From contig JBHNWI010000006.1 in NCBI GenBank assembly GCA_048127485.1, positions 46,345,538-46,366,778 of the forward strand: a stretch of DNA of 21,241 bases, read 5' to 3'. The DNA is from Solemya velum. Its lineage: Eukaryota. The notes beneath the pieces were generated by a model that was given only the letters and a program-made list of their open reading frames with translations, did no database searches and was not told where the DNA came from. A program made the translations under genes and the position numbers. This document shows positions 1 through 12,318 of the stretch, in pieces (the first letter of the stretch is position 1; each line of letters begins with the position of its first letter).

Positions 1-148
1 AACTTATGTGTCCAAAAAAACTCGCTCATTGGATATAAATATAAATGTATCAACTGTTGCATTGAGAATAAGTTCTTGACGTTCAAACATTGATAAATAG
101 ATTAGCCACTATTACAGATTTTTAACCAGACTCCGGTATGGAAATACG

Positions 149-258
149 TAGACCGAAATTCCTCTGTCTCACGACGGCTATTACTACTGACGTAGGCCTG
201 TCTCGACAGGCCTACGTCAGTAGTAATAGCCGTCGTGAGACAGAGGAATTTCGGTCTA
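149..258. repeat. Perfect 110-bp palindrome (53-bp stems, 4-nt loop CTCG), flanked by the 9-bp direct repeat GGAAATACG at 140-148 and 259-267. Foldback/MITE-like insertion signature.
   Basis: Read directly. 149-201 is the exact reverse complement of 206-258. Identical 9-mers abut both ends. Confidence 0.85.
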
Positions 259-2095
259 GGAAATACGAAACGCAAAACTGACCGGTCAGTATTCGAAACC
301 CAAAATACCATTGCTGGAAAAAACACATTATACAAACTTTGTTGAGAACGAGAAACATTTTCTTAATAATTTGTAAATTTCATTTCGAGGTCAGATATGA
401 ACTTTTTAATATGGCATCTTTTATAAAATGTGACGTTTTATGTTGAGCTCAACAGAAAGATTACATTTCATAATGAATTACCTTATTTTCTATGTCAAAT
501 GGTGTTATCTCGTCAAACTGTTTTATAATACTAGCAGCTATTCTAAATGACTGTTATACCAGATTTATGCATACATGCAGTGTTTCATCGAGTTGTGACA
601 CTATAATACCTACGACATTATATTATTGCATTGATTGAAATGTAAACTGTTTTACAATTGATACTGTCAAAACAATTCGTATTAATAGCCTAGACCTTTC
701 ACCAACCCTGCATTGTAATATACGCATAAACAATGTGCGATGCCTGATATAGGTCTATGCTATTTTGTACTCATTGTCCATGGCATGCGATCTGAGCTGG
801 AATAGTGTTTTGTATTACTTTGTATGTCTTTCCGAGAAATGAGAACTAGTATCAATTATTCGTCGGGAAACACAACCGAATATAGAAACAGAAAACGGAG
901 AGTTTAGGCACTTTATACATTCGTCCACTTCCGTATACGGACCATTCAGTTGGTAGAAAATCTGTTGTTTAGGTTTTTAATAGATTTCCTTCAACTACTA
1001 AATATTATCTAAAACTAACACCTATACATAAATGAAGGTTAACGCGTATATTTTCATTTCTCCGAGTGTCTTTGAAAGCTCACGAAACGAGAGAAGTGAG
1101 TAGCTTAATATAGACCTACTGATGGGAACTCTGAGGCTATAATCGCAGTAAAGTCTAGGGTAGCCCACCGTAAAGAACAATTGAAAATAACAAATGTCTT
1201 AGTTTAATATACCAAGAAAGTAGGCAGACGTATATATACGAAAGTTTATGGAATAAAACTTCTGAATTCTTATTTTTTTGCTGACGTTTCAGTGAAGATT
1301 CTATATTGTAGTTTTACTGTTCTACCAACTTCTAAAATGCCAATCAAAGATGCTAATCAGACGAATTTTATTAAATTACCCCTATGTTTAGGAATGTTGA
1401 AATATACCGATTTTCTGTAGGGCCCGAATTAGGGATAAGCCGAAATATGACATGTTATAACGTTCGCGTAGAAGAAAAAGGTGCTTCGATACTGCTCCCA
1501 TTTCTTTGCTTGTCTCAGATGGAAGTGATTTCACCCAGGTAAGTCGTATGTAAGTCCAATTCCAAGTTTTGCATTTATGTTAATGTGATATATGGATAAT
1601 ATTACTTGTTTACGAATGTACTGGGTCACATTTCCAATACATAATATATACCTCTGTGTATAATATTAGGCCTATGCTTAGATTTACGCACTATGCCCAA
1701 TACTGTTACTATACACCATAGGGCGCGCGTTTTCGATAGATATCATAAAGGCTATAATGTTCCGACGGCTTTGATATGGATGGAGTTGGTTGGTACAAAA
1801 CTTATGTGAGAATTTGTATTTTTGCTTTACTCTGACCAAACATTATCGGACTAGCAATTGACTGTCATTGTTTGTGCATTGAATGTGAGACAATAGAAGG
1901 CGACATATCGTCTGCTTATCACGGTACAGACAGTTTTACGGGTTGTCGCCTGGGCGAGCTCGTTGGAGCACAAACGGGATATATTGCTATTGGTTTACCA
2001 ATTACACCGAGAGTCCAAACAAGATTTGTACCGTAAGTATTCTGAATATGCTAAAATAATGTTCAACTGAAGTTTTCAAACTTTTATTGAAATAG

Positions 2096-2123
2096 TATGA
2101 ATATTATGAATATTATGAATATT
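2096..2123. repeat. Microsatellite (TATGAATAT)x3
   Basis: Direct tandem 9-mer seen in sequence. Confidence 0.8.
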
Positions 2124-2644
2124 AAACACAGTAACAACACAGTAGCAAAAGTTGCTTCACTAGAAAATGTCACAAAATACAGAGTCAACATGAATGGACA
2201 AGATGAGAAGCGGCATGACCCCATCTGCATAATATATAGAATGTCAATATATCGGTTCTCATAGTGGTTCCATATACATGTATGTCAGTTGGTTTCTACC
2301 CAGTTCGTTGTATCGTAGTCAGTTTATGTTGTGATCTGAATCATCTGATGTTGGTCGATATCGACATTCCCAATCTCTTCTAGCGCATTGAACCATGGAT
2401 TCGTCGGACACCAAAGGTAACAAAGCGGCGCGTCTGACCACGAACCACAAACTTGAGCATTAGCCTTAGTTGCAACTGAGATAGTCTGCAAGAAACGGTC
2501 ACTTATGTTATTAAATGTTTAATAAATATCAAAATATGTTATCACGACTGTAAAGATAATGATTTATTATCCGTATGTAGCCTATAATGTATAATTTGCA
2601 ATTGACGACTAATCTTCTCTGAAAAAACTATAGTCGGAGAGCTA

Positions 2645-2950
2645 GTTGTTGTTGTTGTTGATTGGATAGAAAACCTTAGGCCGTAGGCCCATATGTTCTT
2701 GAGTGGAGAATATAGAGAAAGACGGATACAGGCCAACCCGGGTGAAGCACTCTGCTCTTTATTCGACAAAGTCAGCCTGGTTCTTTATAGCGCCTCGTGT
2801 AAATCACAGCTATATTAGACCTCCCTTAGTCCCTTCCGAACGACTATGGGTCACCCCGAGGTCGAAGACCTCTGAAAAATCCCAACTTATCAACCGGGAA
2901 TCGAACTCACGATCCCTGGATCACAAATCGGGTGCGCTATCGGGGCAACT
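2645..2950 (-). mobile_element. tRNA-derived SINE, copy 1 of family X. The tRNA-like head lies at the high-coordinate end with a B-box GGTTCGATTCCC on the minus strand. The tail is (AAC)n, seen as (GTT)5 at 2645-2660 on the plus strand.
   Basis: About 85% identical to 14735-15006. The reverse complement carries a tRNA-like A/B box (GATAGCGCA...GTGAGTTCGATTCCCG). The internal region differs from copy 2 and the head has a deletion. Confidence 0.6.
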
Positions 2951-3350
2951 TAGAGCTAGTTAATTATACAGGTAACGCTCATTCTGTTTGTAGGACAATC
3001 GGGATATAGTAATTAACATTTTTGGAACAAACGGGATGTAACCCTTTCCCATTTGTCATACGTGCCATTTCTCAGACAGTAAAAAGTAGCATTAGTTAAG
3101 GTTGGGTGGTCGGGCATCTTCAACTTAGAACCCCACTGTACAACCGTACGAGTTGTGCCCACTGGATTCTTACCCATCGTAATATTCGTATATTATCGCA
3201 GCTACCCGGAGGAGTCAACCGTGTCTCTCCCACTGGACAGTGAATTATAGAACACGCTGTCGGTTCCCCGGAAGGCTGCGAAGTCAACCGTTATTGAAGT
3301 ACTTTCTAGTGGTCGCCACTGCACTACAATCTGAATGCAGACCTGTCAAC

Positions 3351-3430
3351 TCTCATGCATCCCGCGTGAGACTCACGCATTCAGACGTTTACTCACGCTC
3401 TCACGCACTGGTCAAGTAATCTCACGCATT
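3351..3430. promoter_or_regulatory. Cluster of CTCACGC(A/T) motifs: five copies in 80 bp plus a sixth at about 3878. Includes the inverted pair GCGTGAG-A-CTCACGC at 3364-3378.
   Basis: Motif recurrence seen in sequence. Function unknown. Confidence 0.3.
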
Positions 3431-3828
3431 TGCTTAAAAGTTACAAACACAATTTTTTATGGTCATGATTTCGAATTGTCGTGTCGGATTTCGCGTCTAC
3501 AACACACGCTGCCTGTTGAGGTTACTGTGGTGGTCAATCCATTAGTGTTCCGATCGATATATTACGGAAACCATCGTTCTTTTCCGTCCACTGTATGACG
3601 TTGGACGCATTAAAATCGCGAGACGATCCGAAAAAATTCGGGAAATATTTTCCACGATCGTTTGACAATTGAAAATTTGAATTTGAAAAATTATCCATGA
3701 GCTGACAGGGTGAGTGAATTGAGTAAAAACACACATCAAAAACACTCATATTCTAAGGTATAGTTAATGTCAATTATGCCTCTCAGATAGTAGGAGAATT
3801 CATCTCCTGGCGTTTAGAAATCAAAATT

Positions 3829-3864
3829 TGTCCGGGGGGGGGGGGGCATGCCCCCGGACCCCCC
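3829..3864. repeat. G14 homopolymer (3833-3846) inside a GC hairpin. Stem GTCCGGGGG pairs with CCCCCGGAC. The C-rich tract CCCCCGGACCCCCC follows.
   Basis: Seen in sequence. Potential G-quadruplex or hairpin, or a hotspot for sequencing slippage. Confidence 0.8.
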
Positions 3865-4680
3865 TAGTAGTAGTTTGTCTCACGCATTTTTCAGTTTGGG
3901 GGTTGGCAGCTCTGTGAATGGCTATCGTAATATTTTTAATAATGATTCAGTTTGCTCAAACTTCCAATTAGATGCCCAAACGCACGATCTTAAAGTCAAT
4001 GAATAAACCAAAGAAGCGAAACCTTTATCGTCAAAATCATAACAAATATTACAATAATGGTTGCTTTTGCAGTGCAAAGCCCTCTAATGTGTGCTTTACG
4101 GGGCTCAGGGATTGGGTTTGTTTGTTTTGTTCCAGCCACACAGACAGACATCCAAACGCAACTGCATACTATCAGTTTGCATGTATGAGCCATGGTTAGC
4201 TATCGCCCTCGTTTAGTGTTGAAAAACCAAAATGTCAAGGGAAATATCGACCCAATGTCTAAGGACATAGAATTGCACATACAGAACGGCAGCATTTTTT
4301 CTATGTACGTTTGTCAGGTGGCCCTGTGACGTCAGCTCGTTCAATCGTTCATATATATACCATGTGTTATTATATTACCAATTTTTTTTTATTTGAAGGT
4401 ATAAATGACTACAACAGAAACCGACTCGAAGACAGCATGTGGGTTTCACTATCACGTCAAAAGCGAAACATGCGAATACATCGGAACTACAATCACATGT
4501 GATATCAAAAGCACCCCACACCGTTTTCCCGGAAGATACTTTCTGCCGAAGGCAAGAATATATGTTGGTCAACTGGAAGAACATTCTATTGACTCAGCTC
4601 AAACGGTAACATAGCTACTGCATACTTTCACCTCGAATAAAACCCGGGGATTGTGTGCAGATTTACGTGAAAAAGTGAAG

Positions 4681-5220
4681 ATGCATTCGAGCAATGGTAG
4701 TGAGAAGAAAGACATTTCTGATAGGAGACAAAGAAGAATTTTTGGGTGTGATTGTGTTGACAAGTGCAGTTCTAATATCAAACATACTGAAACAGAGTTC
4801 AAACCAGAAGAAAACAGTGAAACAACCGAGAAAGCTAGTCAGAATAGTGACCTACAGCCATTTGAACTATGTACAATACACCCAAAGAATGAAAATTGTT
4901 CAACACACGGCGACGAGAAATGCTCGTTTTGTGATGACACATGTGCTGTTAAGTTTTGTGAGGATTGTTGTGTTTCGTGCTGCACAGCATGTTTCATTGC
5001 GATTCATTCTGAGAAAGGCTCATTTAAACGTCATATGATTAACGAACTGAGATTGAAATTTGATTCCATATGCCAAATACACCCTTTTCCTCTGGCGTTT
5101 TTCTGTAAAACCTGCTCTGTGGGTATTTGCATTGACTGTTTGGTTAAGAGTGGAAAAGACGGAGAATCACACCGGGGTCATGAAATTAATCATCTTGATA
5201 CTTATGTGAAGAAGAAGAAA
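4681..5220 (+). CDS. First coding exon of a B-box zinc-finger (TRIM-like) protein. It has two B-box motifs, C-x2-H-x7-C-x7-C-x2-C-x5-H and CQIHPFPLAFFCKTCSVGICIDCLVKSGKDGESHRGHEINHL. The exon ends at a GTAAGT donor at 5221.
   Basis: ATG at 4681 in a 180-codon open frame. Cys/His spacing matches B-box type 1 and 2 consensus. A canonical splice donor follows codon phase 0 immediately. A possible acceptor TTGTGTGCAG sits at 4651-4660 and a TATA-like CATATATATAC at about 4343. Confidence 0.6.
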
Positions 5221-5329
5221 GTAAGTATTGTTAGTTGAAATTCATCTCTTGTAATGTCTTACCATGGGAAGCAATGAAAAATCATCGATCTCGTACTTCC
5301 CTCACGTTTCGGGATATTGTGAATTTGTG

Positions 5330-5720
5330 CATAAAGTCAGTGGGAAGAGTGTATTATTGTCCCTGTTCCTAAAAAAAGAGATTGTGGTGATGTAAAAAAT
5401 TATAGGGGCATAACACTTTTAGGTAGTTCAGCGAATATTTTCTCCAATGTTCTGAATATACGTTTTTTTAATTTGGCGGAGAACATGATTGTTTTGACAG
5501 ACTACTAGTTTAGGTTTAGGGAACATAAAAGCACAACTGATATTTCAAAGACACTGGCCGATACAGGTAAATTTTACTGTGCATTCCTGGATTTTAAAAA
5601 AGCTCTCGATAAGAATAATATAGATATGTTTTAGTATAAAATTATTCATGACTGGTTCTAGCCTGAAAATGATTGCTATGGCCAAATCAGTGTATAAGGA
5701 CGTGAACCCGTAAAACAGGT
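5330..5720 (+). pseudogene. Decayed LINE reverse-transcriptase fragment (RT domains 0-3) with multiple stops and frameshifts. It lies in the intron downstream of the B-box exon.
   Basis: Translation gives ...VPKKRDCGDVKNYRGITLL..SANIFSNVLNIR...FGFREHKSTTDISKTLADTGKFYCAFLDFKKALDKNN.... This is collinear with the intact RT at 13500-13950 (GFRHGRSTIEH...YCAFVDFKKAYDRI). Confidence 0.7.
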
Positions 5721-6904
5721 AAAAATTTACTGTGAACGTTGGAATATTCAAGAACGAGGTGTTTGTGTTCGAACGTTGCCGTCCAAGTGCTTTTCTATAT
5801 AAGAATCGAGTTCGAAGTTGCCAATGGTACTTCGAGTACCTAGGTTCATTATTGTTGAATAATGACTGGACAGGTAGATCTCAAACGAGATTAGCGAATC
5901 GGGGCAGGAATCGTTTTTGGACCTATATTCATTTTTGAGGAATGTGGCATTAAATGATAAGAATACGTTTCGATTATTTGATTCACTTTTTGGAGTATAC
6001 TTTGGTATGCTTGGGAGGTGTGGGGATGTGATCATAGTTTAGAAGCTATAGGCCTCCACACCAGTTTTTGGCTGATCATCTCTTTCGGTGATCAGAAAAA
6101 ACGAATTTATTGATGTAGGAAAGGTTGGTGATGTACCAAATCATTAAATATAAATAAAAAGTCCGGACAACAAACTAAAAACATACAAACAATTAATTGG
6201 ATTAACACAAATGCCCTGGAAAGGTGGGCATCTCTTGCTCAGCATGCGGCATCCGTTATGTCAATGTTCTAGTCAAATCCAGTGTTTCCTCTAGTCAAAT
6301 CCATTGTTTGATACAGGTCGGAGTCAACTAAGAAATAGGCACCTGTCATGCCAAGACACATATCAGAGTCATTAACAGAAAAGGCAATGCATTGCCTAAA
6401 AAGTGCATGGTTAGGGAAGCTGTTATTATAAAAGCAATTGGGTTCTTAATTCGTAGAAGTTAAGGGAATTATAGTGACAACTGTTAAGTATTATATGGCA
6501 AGATGACTATTCGTGGCAGCGAGTAAAGGTTCTACTGGGACGCATATGAAAATCAGCTAGGTAGAAGAAGTCGATATTTTCGAAAATGTAAACATGGATA
6601 TGTATGTATATGAAAAATTATACTCAGTGTGCTCTGGCCTAAAACCAACATCAAAATTTCAGAGCATAGGTGTTTCAAATATTGCAAGTGCTTTCAGCAG
6701 TTCTGAAACATATCTCGGACAAGGTTGCGATGCAGACACAGCTTAACGTACTGTTTGGTGACGCCTCACAAGGTCACAACTGTAGTGGCCGTAGAACTTT
6801 AATGAATACACAAACGTAGGTCTAATGTAACCCTGTGTCAACCACTAAATGTAAGTAGTTATGCTCTACATAAAAAATCAAAACCAGTGTATTCAGAACT
6901 AATT

Positions 6905-7165
6905 CTCGCAAATCCCACTCGCTGTCCGAGTGGTCTAGGCGCCTGGCGTCGAGACCTCTGGCTTCCCACCGCCCGAGTTCGAGTCTGGCTCCGGCCTTAA
7001 AATTTCACTGAGTGGAATGGACCGGGCTCGATTGTGGGAAGGTTGTCCGTGACCTGTCGAGTGTGCGGTGGTTTTTACCATGTTTCTACATGAGTTCTTC
7101 CTCCACCATTCCGCTCGGACAGGGGCATAATGTCCCTATAGGGATTGAACGCATGCCTCTAAAAC
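6905..7165 (+). mobile_element. tRNA-derived SINE (family Y). Head: GCTGTCCGAGTGGTCTAGGCGCCTGG...CCCGAGTTCGAGTCTGGCTCCGGCC. The body ends ...GGGATTGAACGCATGCC.
   Basis: A-box-like AGTGGTCTAGG and B-box GAGTTCGAGTC on the plus strand. No intact cloverleaf. Boundaries approximate. Confidence 0.5.
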
Positions 7166-8911
7166 AAATAATTCTTCCCTAACTTCCTTCCTTCCATGAA
7201 CTGTGGAACATACACACACATATGCAGTTGACTGTGTGATGCTGCCTCTCATGGATGGAAAATTTACAATTAGGAAATTGAAATCATCTCGTTTGTCATA
7301 CAGACTGGTTTCACATTTCTCATTTGGGTCAAATTGGAGAACTGAGTCCAGGTATGAGGCAGAGTTCTGTTGTATCTTTAATCTCAAGTTCAGACGGGTA
7401 AATGGTATGTACAAAAACAAGTCTTCCAACAATGGAGCGCGATTAGTGACTATCTGCTGAAGCTAGTGTCCGCCAAACTCAACATAAATGTTGTCAATAA
7501 AAAATTGAAGCATGCTTAAGATATATTTTTCTGAGTTATTTTCGTATTACTTTACGGAGTAAAAATGCAAGCCCCGAACAACAACTATTTATAACAATCT
7601 TTGCCGTTATTGTAATGGAAACATTCGGCAATCAAATCTCTCAAACGAGCTTTCATTTTGCCGTGTCATGGTAGTATAGGGAGTAGAAAAATCGAGTCTT
7701 AATGTCGGCAATTCTTGAAAGAAGGGACGACTTGAAGTTTTGTAAAAGATGCTTAGAGTTTTTCAAAATCCACCTTCGATTGATACCGCCGATAGACTAT
7801 GCCGTAGAGCAATATTTCTGCATGACATCTTTCACCACTGTCAGGATCGTTGTTACAACTTTTGATAAAGGTATGTCAGGACATTTAAAAGATCCTGCAA
7901 CATGCATTTGTTTGCACGCAGACTTGGGTAAACCCAGCAAAACTGGGAGTTTTGAATCTTTCTCCGCAACTGCAACGTCGAAAAAGTTCAAAGCCGATTT
8001 CTATTAGTCCAAAATTTCTAGCTTCGTCAGCGTATTGTAGGTATGTGTAGGATTACCTTTAGAATCGCTCAGACCAAGTTCGTCTAGCAGACAATGGAAT
8101 CAGTATTTTTTACAAACAACAACAGAATTGTTTGACGCTTTATCAACTGGAACAATAACATGTTTGGCGTGTAAGTCCGTCTAGTCAGCTATAACTTCGT
8201 GGTCTGTGGAAGTCAGCATCGACCTTCTCGTTTTTTTGCCCAGCGTCTAACATAATCCCCTACTGCATTCACAATGATTTGAAAATTGTCTTTCCATTTA
8301 TGTGATTTGAATTTCGGTATTTGGAACCTCTTGAGACTCCTGATTTTACCATTGTTAATTATGTTTAGTTTCCCAGTAACCACGTACATGCCCGCAAGGA
8401 TTACAAACAAACGGAGACGATGAACAAGAGCACCGAGGTGGACAAGATCTGACGTTATCCAAGTTCAAGTTTTTCTGCGTGTTTTTATGATTATAGATTC
8501 TTTATGCGATGGCTTTGTGTATGAAATCAAAGGGACATATTTATCTTTTAAATACGGCGGGATATTTGGCTGATTTTCTTTCATTGTGGAAAATTTTACT
8601 GATATTGATTGCGTCCGACCCCTTGTTCTCAAAACTCATTTTCAGGACGGAACGTCTTTCATCCTGCCGAATGTCTGTTCTGACATGTTTATAAAGTCAG
8701 CTGGACTCATTACCCATAATAATGGCATTCAGTCTGCATTCCTGACTCTTGAAATTCGTAAAGATAATATTCCGTACCTCTTCGAAAAGATATTGGAGTT
8801 TCTTCAGTGGAATAAATCTCTGTGCAGTAGTTCTATAATGTCACATAGTGATAGGGCGATTGTAATGACAATAACCATGACTTCTGATATTATTTGTTTT
8901 GAAAAAAAATG

Positions 8912-9186
8912 GAGTGAGTGAGATGATTTATTTTAGAGGCTTGTTTAGCACAATTAAACTTCTGTCAGTGCGAGTAGCAGTAGAAATCGCCTAGAAGAAG
9001 GCGGGAAAAACCTGCGATCATTCGCAAGCCACCGATAGCTTTCTCACAAGCATGAACAGGATGCATTCGCCGTTGAAGTTTGTCACCAACGGGGCTCAAA
9101 CCCGGAACGTTGAGATGTGAGAGACACTCCGGGAATTAGATGCTGAGCGCAACGTCTTATCCCCTCGGCCACGGAAGCCCCGGGTA
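8912..9186 (-). mobile_element. tRNA-derived SINE (family Z1), minus strand. The head is the reverse complement of ...CGGAAGCCCCGGGTAC. The tail carries the CTCACTCACTCC motif.
   Basis: Reverse complement reads GTACCCGGGGCTTCCGTGGCCGAGGGGATAAGACG...GGGTTTGAGCCCCG. This resembles a tRNA-Ser/Leu-like D-arm and B-box. Its 3' end CTCACTCACTCC is shared with the SINE at 9672-9878. Confidence 0.5.
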
Positions 9187-9290
9187 CATATAATGGGTAA
9201 TGTACACCTACCATTTACTGTCGATACTGTCCCGGGTACATATAATGGGTAATGTACATCTACCATTTACTGTCGATACTGTCGATACTA
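9178..9290. repeat. 52-bp tandem duplication (2.2 copies, one mismatch) that starts inside the SINE head (CCCGGGTAC).
   Basis: Units at 9178-9230 and 9231-9283 are near identical. A partial third repeat of CGATACT follows. Confidence 0.9.
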
Positions 9291-9671
9291 CATATAGTCT
9301 ATAGACATTGGAACACTCCAACACTAATAGTCGGGAAATATCATATGTATATGAATTTCTCTTTTATGTTCTGTATTGTATTCATTACATTTCTCGTACA
9401 TTGAAACTTCGATTACATTTAGAACTATTTTGATAGAAGGTGGCTAAGAGCGGCGTCAAGTTGACACAGGGCTTGGTATCTGGTTTGTCATCGATTCTTC
9501 AATCCAGAAGTGGTTATCGGGATACCCTGGAAGTAAGTTGAGTTGATATTAATGAGAAATTTTAAAATATATAATCAATTGAGTGCCAGCAAGAAACTAT
9601 ACCAATCTGCAATTTCAATTCATGGACGTTGACAGCACGGGGAACGCCTTACTATGTTAGTTAGTTAATGA

Positions 9672-9878
9672 AGGAGTGAGTGAGCGGCCAGTGATCGAGC
9701 GAGTGAGTTGACTAAGTCTGACCCCACAAGCAAGACTGAGGTCCAGTGTGCTGGAATAATAGTCGTTAATGAGACTCGAACCCTTACCACCCCCCACTCC
9801 TCCACACAGATGTGGAATACCCATATATGGTACCCAGCGCTTTGAGCATCGGTCCACAGCCTCCCTTCTCTGGAATTA
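9672..9878 (-). mobile_element. tRNA-derived SINE (family Z2), minus strand. B-box AAGGGTTCGAGTCTC on the reverse complement. 3' motif CTCACTCACTCC followed by a (TAAC)n tail.
   Basis: tRNA-like B-box and the shared tail motif. Boundaries approximate. Confidence 0.4.
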
Positions 9879-11555
9879 GAACATAATATATGTGTAACTA
9901 TGCATTAATTAGAATTTAGGAAAGAATTTCCAGAAACGAGAAACTTGAATATAAATTATAATACTCAACTTGAACTGTTACACCCGGCCAAGGAACGTAA
10001 AATTTGTACATGTCTCACCTCTGGGCGGCATTCGTTAGAGTTTTCATTAATTATCTTGATGGTTTACGATATAAGTATATAAGAAGACCAAAAATCAATT
10101 CGTCTCCGATAATTTCCAGCCTTGAACTTTGTTCGTGCAGGCGAACACGACTTGACCTTTGGCGTGCGATTACGTAAGCCTAAACAAAAAAATATCACTC
10201 TAAACTGAAATAACCATAGCATCTTAGCATGGTAAAAACAATTAACTTGCATTTACACAGACACACAGGAGAAATGAGGAAAGATCGGAATCGATAGAAC
10301 ACGTTAACTGGATCGAATGGGTTATGTCTAATTTTTTTCTCGACAGCCTCATCACTCGATGATAACCGGACAACATCGATTTGCTTCCGATATCTAATCT
10401 GTTCGATCCCGATTCTTTTGGGGGTTCTCTTTTATAGCACTACTCTCTTATAGTAGATCATTCTAAACTGTTTTTTAAATTGATGCGAAATGTGCTCAAC
10501 ACAGGTTGTAGGATTTACTATTGGAAATATAAATCCAACACCATGCGTAACCAGTTTGATTAGTTGATATAACAACAGATACTACGATTGGTCAAACTCA
10601 TCCCACTGTGTTCTATACGTCTTATAAATCTAGTTTACGAACGTGATCTGAATTTTCGATTATTATGTGAGTTTCATTCGCTTGTAATATCCGAACGGTG
10701 ATTCAATTGAGTTCTAATCTCCATACCATTGATGGGGAACGTAGATTGGAAAGACGATATAATAAATTAGAAGTAGAACGCGTGCCGCATATATAACTTC
10801 AAATATGAGTTGTATCTTTTGGCAGTTGGATTGGCTGTTGAAAAAGGAGACTATTCGACAGGAGTTTGTGTCCATACACGATGTCCTGATAACAAGTGAA
10901 GAACAGCTTCTGGAGGGAATGGAGATGGTTTGTTGTTTCTATTTTATCAGACTGGTTGTCTTTGTATTCATTTCCGAAAGTAGAGGAAATTACCCCATTT
11001 GTGAAATTAATTTCTTAGTTGGGACCAAAAGAAGATAATGAAAAAGTTTTCCTTAAAGATAACCGTCCTACTCATCAAAGTTACCGGGTTGTGCACTACT
11101 TACGGTGCGACAAAATCCCCATCGTTTCCCGGTCCAGCGCAGGCGGCGGCACTGATTCCCGGTTCCCAATCCAGTGTCGCATATATGATTTAACATTGTA
11201 CACCTGAGTATTTCTTGTATTCTTTCGAAAACAAAACTTTTGAGAATATATGTCCCGAGATCTCTGTATTAATCTGTTTTTAAAAATATCAATATGTCTT
11301 CTTAGCTCAAATTTCCACAATAATTAATTTCACTTGAAAAATTAGTGGCTGTTAATAATATATTCTGTAATCATTTATTTCAATTTCCTATTTGTAAATG
11401 TTCATTCGTGAGCAGTAACATCCAGCAGTCACCCGTATAAGGCGTATAAGTCTCGTAGCTCGATATTCGATAATTATTCTGAACAATTATAGTATTTTTA
11501 TAAACTTTGCTATTGATGATGTTGAGAGGATGTATGGATCTAGGGTACCGGAACT

Positions 11556-11650
11556 CTACACCGATGTGACACCAACGTAATACCACAGCACCGGCGAGAT
11601 ACCGGCGTAACACTATAGCACCGGCGTGACACCAACGTAATTACTACTAC
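11556..11650. repeat. Minisatellite, about 3 units of CACCGGCGTGACACCAACGTAAT... Same family as 14525-14570 and 19111-19316.
   Basis: Shares the core CACCGGCGTGACACC with the other two loci. Confidence 0.8.
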
Positions 11651-11844
11651 AGCGTGGCACAACCGAACAGGTGCGCTTTTTGTGATGGAGTGTTGTGGGG
11701 TGTTAGGATAGATAGATATATTTTATTAACGTCTCACCTTCCACATATAACGTTTTTACAAATGTCATACAAAATAAAATCAAACAACATCATATAAAAA
11801 CGATAGAAGCCGCTCTTTATAGAGCTATGAGAGACGACAAAACA

Positions 11845-12150
11845 ACATATTAACTTACATATTCAGGATTAAAATGCAAAAATATATTAAACTTTACATC
11901 ACTGTAATAGACTGTTATACAGCAGAACCACATCAAGTATAAAATAATCTGATAATAGCCTAAAATACTCATTTTCTGCCTGGTTAAAAAAAGATACCGA
12001 TATAAAACTTCAGGATTAAAATGCAAAAAAAAAAAATATATATATAAAACTTTACATCACTGTAATACAAACTGTGATACCACATCAATTATAAAATAAT
12101 CTGATAATAGCCTAAAAATACTAATTTTCTGCCGAATTTAAAAAAGGTAC
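11845..12150. repeat. About 153-bp tandem duplication (2 copies, roughly 85-90% identity) inside the LINE 3' UTR.
   Basis: CAGGATTAAAATGCAAAAA...CTTTACATCACTGTAATA...ATAAAATAATCTGATAATAGCCTAAAATACT..TTTCTGCC appears twice in tandem. Confidence 0.85.
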
Positions 12151-12318
12151 CTAAATAAAACTATGTGAACACTAATTCCATAATGCTATATACATATGTG
12201 TAACTGTATGGCACAACCATGGGAACATATATACATGTATGAAAAAAATCACTAAGGTTTACAAAACCTATTCGCAAATAATTTTCTCCATTCGAGAATA
12301 TCCCAGCAGGTTTTGGCA

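Noticed and set aside
102-335. 77-aa minus-strand ORF
   Set aside because: It spans the perfect palindrome. The reading frame is a by-product of the inverted repeat, not a gene.
1903-2039. Open frame of about 45 codons ending at a GTAAGT donor
   Set aside because: No acceptor, start or homology evidence. Too weak to call an exon.
2542-2963. ORFs 2542-2769(-) and 2703-2963(+), and the similar pair 14740-14934(-) and 14939-15130(-)
   Set aside because: They lie entirely within tRNA-derived SINE copies. The shared peptide (…SPGLA.IRLSLYS.LKNIW.YGLRFSIQ) reflects the repeat, not a gene.
3972-4199. 75-aa ORF MPKRTILKSMNKPKKRN... and its antisense partner
   Set aside because: Low-complexity basic sequence with no motifs and no splice or promoter context. 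Likely random.
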